Under the pieces are notes generated by a model, which was not told the DNA's origin, did not search any database, and worked only from the letters and a program-made list of their open reading frames with translations. From contig JBHGNT010000015.1 of NCBI GenBank assembly GCA_043228905.1, forward strand, positions 4,588,001-4,652,000: 64,000 nt of DNA, read 5' to 3'. Within the stretch, counting starts at the first letter, position 1. Every line of letters begins with the position of its first letter. Below are positions 10,640 to 20,926 of the stretch, one piece after another. The position numbers and the translations under genes are program-made. Source of the stretch: Azolla caroliniana (lineage: Eukaryota > Plantae > Polypodiophyta).

Positions 10640-12020
10640 CCATTCGTTTTAATTTTATATTGTGAAATGCACATAAGGGTGGCACAAAGGAACACATGTA
10701 CACCACAACATGAAGGCATGCACTTGCACCAAAGGGACACCACATTTTCCCCCTGAGAGAAACAAGGAGTTTTACGCCATGGGGAAAGGATAGGTGCCAG
10801 AAATGGGCTTGGGGTGGCTAAGGGCTTGATGTAGGCAACATAGGCAGAGGTGAATCGGTTGTTGGAATTGCGTCGGAGCAAGTAGTGGATTTGATGGCGC
10901 GAACTACTGTGAACGGGTCAATCCATCTGTGTATGAGGGATTCGTTGAGACCGCGCCACCGGACCAGGAAGTAAACAAGGACTTTGGTTCCATGAAACAT
11001 AAGTCGGGGTAATTCAACCCATGTCGTAGTGTCGCTTCTGGCGTTGCTACGCAACTTGTAGGTTTTAAGAACTGGCTTGTCGAAGGAGGGGGAGCATTTG
11101 TTGGAGGTAAAGCCCCCAAGTGGCACTATCCATGTTGGCCGGTTTGGAATGGACGTCAATGGATGCTTCTAATGGGAGGCGAGGGTCGCGCCCATAGAGT
11201 GCTCGAAAAAGTTTGATTTGTATTGATGCCTCTACGGATGTATTGTAGGCGTGGGTGACAAAAGGCAAGATTTGATTCCAGGTTTTGTGGCATGGATCAA
11301 TGATGTAAGAGGCAATCTCCTGCTTGAGGGTTTTGTTGAGGCATTCGATGAGGCCCTTTGTCTGCAGATGGTATGGGGACGTAAACACTTACTGGACACT
11401 TAGTTGAGCTGCAACGGCGTTCAGGACATCCCCGTGGAACTGGTAACCCTGATTAAATAGTAGTTGGACGGGGCAACCATGCTAAATATTACCTTGTGCA
11501 AAAGTTGGGAGGCAATGGTTGGCGTAGTGATGTGAGGGATGGAAACAATTTCGGCCCATCTAGTGATGTATTCGGTTATGACCAGGACATACTTGTTGCC
11601 CCTGGGGGTTTCGAGAAAAGGTCCCATGAAATCCCATCCTACGAGCTCGAAGGGTGATGAGATGGTGATGGGCTAGAGTGTTCCAGCGAGCTTTCCTGCA
11701 AGTTTGATGTGTTGACACAAAGTAGATTGTTTGATGTAGGTAGAGACAGAGTGTCGCATGTTGGGCTAGTAATACTTGAGGCATAAATTTTCGAGAACCT
11801 TGTGGAAACCCAGATGGCCCAACAATGGGTGGCCGTGATAAAATTGGAGGTACGTTTGTTGTAGGGCAGCGAGGCTTGTGATGCGCTTGAATGAAGAACA
11901 CCAAGTTATCACGGATCATGAACTGCCATTGTGAGGGAGCGCAACTGATGGGTTATCTCTTGGATGGCAAGGTCGTGTTGTTGAAGTGCAACGAGTTGCG
12001 GCGGTGGTAGTGGACGACTA
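10640..12020 (-). mobile_element. Decayed Ty3/Gypsy integrase and 3' end
   Basis: GPFLETPRGNKYVLVITEYITRWAE, TSPYHLQTKGLIECLNKTLK, chromodomain-like YFLVRWRG. PPT AGGGGGAAAA is followed by TG at ~10744. Left boundary uncertain. Confidence 0.75.
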
Positions 12021-12029
12021 GATGACTTG

Positions 12030-14274
12030 GGGAGAAATTGGACAACCTGGAAGTCAAACGAATTGGGAAGAAATTGGACAACATCTCGATGTGACGCACT
12101 TGAGGGGGAGAATGGCTGGTGAACCTGCCAACAGGGAGAGATCGAATGGGAGCAATAGAGAAGATGAGCTGGAGCCGGAACCAACCAAAGGCAAAGGGAG
12201 AGTCGAAGGAGAAGATGAATAAGAGACAATCGATTCGGATAATGGAGATGATTCGGGTGAGAGGGCAACCAAAGATAATGCCAAGGCACGAGAGCCGATG
12301 GATTTGGTAGCGCCGAAGCCGCAAGGGTGTGAAGAAGGCCAACGAGGTCCTTGGGAGCAGACAAGCCGACCGAACGACTCGAGAAGAGCGGGACTGGACA
12401 GGCCAGGAGAAACCGGACCAACGAGGGCCTTGCGAGCAAGGAGGAGTGAAGTCAGGAGAAACCGGAGTGGAGGATCGGATGGAGCGAATAAATGGCAACC
12501 ACATGTTGAGCTTGAGGGGTAGTGTTGAGTGACAAGCTCAACATGGGCTGGATCTACTGAAGGCCGGATACTCGATCGGCTGAAGAAGTTGACAGTTGGG
12601 AGCCGACATGTTGTTAAGGGCCTATATTTATATTCTAAGGAATAGAAATATTATAACCAGTTAATGTTAGATGCTCATTTATGAGCATTAAAGTACTTGT
12701 CAGTACTTTAGTCACCCCACTATCACAGGGGCTTGTATAAAAGGTGCTCAATGAGCACATTATGATGTACAGAGTGCTATTAGTTTTGAATTGAGTTTCC
12801 TTGTCTACTAACTTTGTCTCTGTCTCTCTCTCCGTGTATACCTAACTGTCTACAAGTGTCCGGCTTAGCCGAATGTGTTCTTTGTGCACGAACTTCCTCA
12901 TACGCTATTCTTTTACATTATATCAGAGCACGAGGGTTGAAGATCCTCTACAATCGATAAAGCAAACCAACACAGAGACAAGCGTTTGTCTTCAGGACAA
13001 GAACAAATAGGAACATGGTCAAAGGAATGGGCAACTCCCTTCTGACAAAAAAGCTCGACAGGAGCAACTATGCATCTTGGGCATACAAGATGCACCAGTA
13101 CCTACTCAGACACGGGTACTAGAGTTATGTGGAAGGAACGAATGATGCAACGCCATATTTTATACACAAGGATTTCTCGGCATGGGAATAGGCGACAACC
13201 AAAGTCTTGTATTGCTTTGCATCATGTGTGAACGACCAACTACTAGGCTACATTTGGGATGCAAAGACGTTAAAAGATGCTTGGGGAAATTTGAAGAAGT
13301 TCTTCACCGCAAGCACGATGACCAAGAAGTTGCAGCTCAGACAAGAGTTGAACAACATCTGATAGAGGGACATGTTGGTGGCCAATTACACCTCCAAGAT
13401 TAAGGAGATCTGCAACTCGCTCAGCTCAATCAATGTGACGGTTGAAGAGGACGAGATGGTGCAGGTTTGCCTCAGAGGTTTGGCGAAGAAGTTCAGATCT
13501 TTCTGAATGGCAATTTGCAGGAGGGGGAAAACAAAGATGTTGCAACACAAAGGTTGATCAGAGGTTCGGTAACGACACCTCTCACCCCATCGAGCATATT
13601 GGAGACGTTCCTCTGAGCCACGTCGGCCAAAGAAGAATTATGAGGAACGCCTTGCACGTCTTGACGATCACCAAGAATCTTGTGTCAGTCGCACAGATTG
13701 TTGACCAGGGGATGCAAGTTTGGTTCACTCATCTTGGGTGCTTCATTGAGGAAGACGATGATTATTGTGCAAGGGCGTAGAGAAGGGATGATGTTTATCC
13801 TCAAGACTAATGGCGTAGGCACTACAATTTTTGCTAAAGTATAGAAGGGTGATTCGGATATCGATATGTGGCACAAGTAGATTGGCCACATCAACTTCTT
13901 AAAGCTTCAAGCAATGCAAGTGAAATAGGTGGATTTTGGCCTGCCAAAAGTCTGTGGCCGGAAGGGCCAAGTATGTGAAGCTTGCTAACTAAGGAAGCAA
14001 CACTTGCTTCCTTTCCCAAACAAGTGAAATCGGAGTCGAAACAAGCTCAATTTAATCCATTAGGATGTGTGGGGACCGTCACAGAACGTGAGCTTAGTTT
14101 GGAGTCGATATTTCGTCTCCTTCATTGACGACTACCACCGGCACACTTGGATCTACCTCATAGAGAAGAAGAGTGACTTCTTCTCCTATTTCTGGAACCC
14201 GAAGAGGTTAGTGGAAAGGAAAATAGAGAGGAAAATCAAGTTTCTGTGATTGAATGGCGGAAAAGAATACTTTT
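12030..14274 (+). mobile_element. Copia family A: 3' tail, LTR (12523-12917), then decayed gag/integrase
   Basis: PPT TTGAGGGGTAG precedes TGTTGAG...TTTTACA. A degenerate PBS (TATCAGAGCA) follows, then gag remnants and WGPSQNVSLVWSRYFVSFIDDY. Confidence 0.8.
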
Positions 14275-14599
14275 TGTTGAGCGGGCAAGCTCAACTAGAT
14301 CTGAATCGGCTGAATAAGCTAGAGCCGGATTGGTATCCGGAACGGAGAACTGGATAGGTACCTGGATTGGTGTCTGGATATATCGGTATACAGAACCTAG
14401 AGCCGGACCGGAGAACCGGATCGTGCTCCGGAATAGTGAGAACTGATAGGCTGTTAGAGCCTATGGTTCGAGCCTAGTACGTAGGCATATTCCTTGGAGT
14501 TAGTGTCAGTCGCTCGTATGAGCATTGAAATACATGTCAATACTTCTGTTAGTTCTTTTAAGGACTTGTATAAAAAGTGTTATGTAGGACATTTGTATG
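14275..14599 (+). mobile_element. Copia family A LTR, interrupted
   Basis: Starts TGTTGAGCGGGCAAGCTCAAC, is similar to the LTR at 15928, and stops at the next LTR. Confidence 0.75.
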
Positions 14600-15927
14600 T
14601 GTTGAGATATCAAGCTCAACTTAGTTTAGTTAGTTAGTCAACACACGTAACTTAGTAGTTACCTAGATAGAATATAGTTAGTGTGTTGACCTTAAAGCCT
14701 TAAATAGAATTTTGTACTCGAGTGGGATACATTGTAGATCCTCCACTCCCATGTTCATTTAATATAGGACTTACACGTTTGTACCTATATTCTACTCACA
14801 CATGTGCAACTTTGCACATGAGATGTATATATACCTCATTGTGGGTATTTTTGTATTTGATGATACTTTTTAGTATAGTTAATCATCCCCCATCTTGTCT
14901 CGTTGTTCATAAGAGTTGACTTCCTCTCTTTCTTCCTCTCACACATACACACACATATCACATAATCTTCCGCTACTTAATCACTTAATTAGGTACTAAT
15001 TAACCCTAGTTAATTACCTAATCCTTAACATGGTATCAGAGCATGTGGTTTAGAAAATCCATTAAGCCCACCCGACTCCATGATTGAGTGTTTGAAACGC
15101 CGGCGACAAAATCCGGCTATCCGCTACCGTAGTGCCGCTATGTAGCGTGTGTACGTGATTGAAGGAAGAAAAGCAAAAGAAGAGAAGACACTAGTCAACA
15201 TGAACACACAAATGGGTAGCTCGCTCCCTAGTGAAAATCTAGATCGGAGCAATTATTCATCTTGGGAGTACAAGATGAACCAATACCTTGTCGGCCAAGG
15301 GTATTGGAGCTACATCAACGACGCACTCGAAGACAAACCCGACATCACAAACGCCAACTACCCAACGTGGGAGCAAGGAACGAGTCCGGTAATGTATTGC
15401 TTGGCAACATGTGTCCATGACCTCATGCTTAGCCACATTCGAGATGCCAAGACGCCTAAAGAGGCGTGGGAGAACTTGAAGAAGATGTTCGCCGCCAACA
15501 TAACCGCCTGAAAGCTTCAACTCCGACAAGAGTTGAACAACATTCGGCAAAAAGGTATGTCCATGTCGGACTACACCACCAGGATGTGACTCACTTGGTT
15601 CCATCAACATAAATGTCGACGAAGACGAGATGGTTGAAGTATGCTTGGGCGGCCTCGCACAACGATCCAACTCGTTAAGGACGACAATCTTAGCGAGAGA
15701 AAACCCTCCTTCGTTCTTCGACCTTCAATTAATGCTAATGGTTGAAGAGAACCACGTCCGAACCAAAATGAAGACGTCGGAAGGACAAATGTTCTTCTCG
15801 AATTCGGACGGTGGCCGAGGACGAGGTCGAGCCAGTAGAAGAGGTCAATTCGGCCCATCTCACGAAGGGTGCTCGAACCTTCGACAACAAGACAGAAGCC
15901 ATAAGGAACCTTCGGAAGAAGGGGGAG
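14600..15927 (+). mobile_element. Copia family B: 5' LTR (14600-15030), PBS and disrupted gag
   Basis: TGTTGAG...TTAACA is followed by TGGTATCAGAGC (tRNA-iMet PBS). Gag starts MGSSLPSENLDRSNYSSWEYKM and contains stops. Confidence 0.8.
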
Positions 15928-17468
15928 TGTTGAGCGAGCAAGCTCAACTGGATCCGGATCGGATTGAAGCTGATAGGCCATTAGAGGCCTACGGATCTAG
16001 CCTAGTACGTAGGCATATTTTTGGGAGTCGGTGTCAATCGCTCATATGAGCATTGAAGTACCTGTCAGTACTTCTCTCAGTCCTTTATGGACTTGTATAA
16101 AAGTGCTCTCTGAGCACATTATATGTATAGAGTGTTATTATTTTTAAATTGAGTTTATGTTCTACTCTCTCTCTGTCTCTCCAGTGTATTCTTTGTGTAA
16201 GGTCTCTATTAAACCTTCTTCTCTACGTTCTGTTGGTATCCGGTTGAGCCGGTTTGTCACGCTTCCGCATATTAACTTTCACATGGTATCCGAGAGCGAG
16301 GGTTGACACTCCTTTGCAGTCGACAGATGCATTTGAAGACAAACGCTAACACCTAGTGAAGAACAGAAGAGAACCAAAAGATGGACAGAGGAATGGCAAG
16401 TTCGCTTCCGACAGAAAAGCTCGACCGGAGCAACTATGCATCCTGATCGTACAAAATTCATCAATACCAATTGGGGCATGGTTACTGGAACTATGTGGGA
16501 GGAACGAACGAGGTAGCGCCGTAGTCGACACACAAGGACTTCCTGACATGGGAACAAGGAGCGAGTAGAGTGCTTTACTGCCTCACGTCCTGTGTGCATG
16601 ACCAGATGCTCGGCTACATCAAAGATGCAAAAGCACTGAAGGAGGGTTGCAAAAATCTCTGGAAGATTTTGGCTGCATGTACTACAACCCGTAAGTTGCA
16701 GCTCCGGCAAGAGCTGAACAACATCTGACAGAGAGATATGTTGGTTACCGAGTACACCACAAGAATAAAGGAGATTTGTGACGTGCTCGGGTCCATCAAT
16801 GTGACGGTGGATGAAGACAACATGGTCCAAATTTGCCTTGGTGGTCTAGCACAATGGTACGAGCCAATCTGGACGGTAATTTGCACTCGAGAGAAGCCAC
16901 CGTCCTTTTTCGACCTACAATCTATGTTGATGGTCGAAGAAAACCACGCGAGTGAGTCTAGGACCACTCAACCGGACAATCATATGCTATACACGTAGGC
17001 AGATCGGCCTCGTGGGCGTGGAGGATGAGGTGGGTCGGCACAAAATGGAGGCGGCCGGCAAGAGCAGAACCAGAGGCACAAAGATAGTGTCGACAACAAT
17101 TCTGGACCCTCCACAAGCAAGGGGAGTCAAAACGGCGCCGAAAATTGGCAAGGGAAGGCCGACACAGAATGTTGGTACTGTGGCAAGAAAGGCCACAAAG
17201 AGAGCAAGTGCTGGAAGTGTGAAGAATAGCGCGGAATATCGCTCGACTACAACCGAGTCTTGAATCACAGAAATGGGAATGAACGAGAGAGTACATAGAA
17301 ATGACACATGATGTTTATGTGGAAAACCCTAATAGGGAAAACCACGGGAGCCCACAGACTCCTACTATCACTATACGAGAGAAAATACAAAGTGGAGGCA
17401 TAGAGGCAATGACCTCGTGCTCGCAATCTTCGCCAGACAGCGGTTACAACAGAGAGTGCTCGTAGCTA

Positions 17469-17475
17469 CTCTCTC

Positions 17476-17542
<67 letters not shown>
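17469..17542. repeat. (CT)n microsatellite within an LTR
   Basis: About 36 units here versus about 10 in the sister LTR at ~37751. Confidence 0.95.
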
Positions 17543-17544
<2 letters not shown>

Positions 17545-20500
17545 GTCGCTCTCTATACAACAGTTATGCACATACCACCATATGACAATAACAACTAACA
17601 ACCTTACAAAGTGATTGCCCTAAGTCATATTTATACTTATATGAACTTAGGTCTATTTACAAATATAGCCTCAATAGGCTTGCTCAAAACATATTTACAG
17701 ATTTGTCTTCTCTTCTGATTCTCACCGGGTCCTCTTTATTCATCACCGGATCCCGTCCGGAGAGACTGATTTCCCAACAATCTCCCCCTTCACTCCGACA
17801 TGGGATATCTTGTCAGCCCGATCCGCTTTCGGCACGCGTCCAACTTGTTGGTTGTCAGGACCTTGGTCATCATGTCCGACCCGTTCTCCTCCATGTGGAT
17901 CTTTGTCAGCCCAAACTCTTGATCTTCTACTCTCTCCTGGATCCAGTGGTACCTCCGCTGGATATGTTTCGTTCGGGAATGGTAGGCCGCGTTCTTTGCA
18001 AGGTGGATGGCACTTTGACTATCGCAGTAGAGCCGGTATTCCTCCTGTTGGATTCCTAGCTCTCCAATGAAGTCCTTCATCCAGATTATCTCCTTGCTGG
18101 TGTCTACAACTACCATGTACTCTGCCTCCGTGGTTGACAATGCAACTGTCTTCTGCAGCCTCGACTGCCAGGAAACAGCTCCCCCTACATAGGTCATGAC
18201 ATATCCGGATGTAGACCGGCTGGTATCTGCATCAGCTGACATATCCAAATCTGTGAATCCGTCAAGTTGGGGATTACTGGAGCCAAACCGGAGACACATA
18301 TTCGAAGTGCCTTTAAGATACTGGAGTATCCAGTTGACCACGTGCTCTCTTACGGGATTGCTCATGAACCGGTCCACCACTCCGACTGCATATCCGATAT
18401 CCGGCCGGGTACACACCATTGCGTACATCAAGCTCCCGACGACAGAGGCATATGGTATCTTCATCATATTCGTCTTCTCCGCCTTTGTCCTCAGGCTTTG
18501 TTTTCCGGATAGCTTGCAGTTCGCCGGAAGCGTCGATCCAACCGGTTTCGCCTCCGACATGTTGAATCATTGAAGTACCTTTGTCACATACTTCTCTTGT
18601 GACAACCACAACAACTTCTTCGACTGGTCCCGGATGATGTGCATTCCCAATATCTGTCTTGCCGGACCCAAGTCTTTCATTGAGAAGGTCCGGTTCACAA
18701 CCTTCTTCAGCATCTGGATCTTGCCTTGGTCTCGTCCGACGATCAACATATCATCCACATATAGGAGGAGTATCAAGGAATCTCCTCCGTCTAATTTCTT
18801 CACAAACACACAATGATCGACCTGCGTCTTGTGGTAACCTTGGTCGGTCATGAAAGAGTCGAACTTCCGGTACCATTGCCGGGGGGCTTGCTTCAGTCTG
18901 TATAGGCTTTTCTTCAGCCGGCACACCAGGTGTCATGAATCCGTGAACATTATGTGGCTTCACTTGAGCTTGAACCCAAGACCTTGTAATACATAATCAA
19001 GAACCTAACCATTAAGATAAATATGATTATATGAAATAATAAAAGCTACTTTTTGTAATAGACTGATATTGTAAATGTTCTAGAACATCCTAGAACATCT
19101 TAGAATATTCTAGGTCTAGAACATTCTAGAACATTATAGAAATCATTAGGTTATTCTATAGGAACCTATAAATATGGACATACAATTCTTCTCAAAACCA
19201 ATTCGAATAAACACTAGTCTTAAGCTCTCATTGCCTATCTTGTATCCGTTCTTATTCTACTTTAATACATTCATTCTTCTCTTATCATTTCATTCCTCTT
19301 CTTGTGATCTCTTTATATCTTTCTTCTATCACTTTACCTTCTCTCTTGGTTCTGACAGTTTGATTCGAATTTCTTCTTCTCGTCTAGCCTCTTCCACAAA
19401 CACTAGTAAGTACCCATGGCTGTTGGCAACCCACATGAATACTTCGCCCTTGTTGCAGAAATGGAGAATCTCAAAAGCAAGTTTGCATCACTAGAGCTGG
19501 AGAATCAACGATTGCTTGAAGACCCACAGAAGGTTTCAGTAGAGAAGCAACAAATACATGACGAGTTTACACGAAGGGTTCAACAACTAGAGTCAGCAAT
19601 AGTAGCTTTACAACAACTGAAAGTCGATAGTCAAGGAGTTCTTAAGGAGCCCAAAATCAGCCTCCCAGCTAAATTCGATGGGTCGAGTGAACATTTTCGG
19701 GGTTTTATAAATCAAGTGCGGTTGGTAATTTAGATGCATCCCACGCGTTATCTGACGAATTCATCTCGAGTCGGGTTAGTGGGCACTTTATTGATTGGCA
19801 CGACATTGTCATGGTTTGCTCCATTGCTAGAAGCAAATTCGCCCCTACTCAACAACTTTGAAGAATTTATCAAAGAGTTTAAGGCTTGCTTCGGAGATAC
19901 AGATATTGTAAGAACGACAATCAACAAGATTCGCACATTGTGACAAGGGGATCAACCAACATCAACGTATGCAGCCAATTTTCGTCTCATTGCAAGTGAT
20001 ATTCCTTGGGACGAACAAGCTCTAATGGAGCAGTTTCGTTTGGGCCTCCGTGGAGATGTAAAAGATTTACTTCTTACCTTCCATGAGGATCCAAAATCCC
20101 TTACAGAAGCTATTAGCCAAGCAATACGGTGTGATAATCGGCTTTTTGAGCGTCGGTCTGAGCGACAACAACAACAAACAAGATCAAGATTTACGCCAAC
20201 TTATGCATTAGTGATGGCACAATCTCCAAGGCAACAATATAGCCCTGTCCCAACTCCACGGCAAGCACGTAGCCCAACACCAATGGACACCGATGGAGAT
20301 GAGGACCTTTATCAAATGAAGAGAAACAACGTCGTCGAGCAAATCGACTATGCTTATATTGTGGAGGTCCAGGACATATTGCCATTCATTGTCCACACAG
20401 ACTGAGACGTCAGGTACATCACATTAACTATGATAATAGAAATGAGTCTAGCATTGTTATTCTCTTAGCCGGACAAGGCCTAACACAAGGTGTCACGGAG

Positions 20501-20926
20501 ACACTTCACCAAAGGGTGATTACGACATAGGATTAAGATTCAACGATTACACCGACTTACGTAGGTTACACGATTAGATTGCTTTGGTTAATTACACGCG
20601 TAAGATATAACAGTGATTACAGAACGGAAATCAAGACAGAAGTATAAACAACATAAGCTCTACTAATTATCCGCTGTCATTACAATAGGGTCCGGGCCTT
20701 TAAATAGGTTTCCGGCCCGTAGTACAAAACGGTGCCTCTCGCACCTATTCGGGATCCGTCCGGATCTGGAACGGCATACCGTTTCCAGTCCGTCCGTCCA
20801 CACTTTGCTCATTTACAACCATATCTAATTAATTCCTTCACTCCGTATTTTGGACTCCTTGCCGGCCGGTAACACATGGCACGCCCGTGGGACAGTACCT
20901 TGTACGTCGAACCCTTCTCGGCCCCT

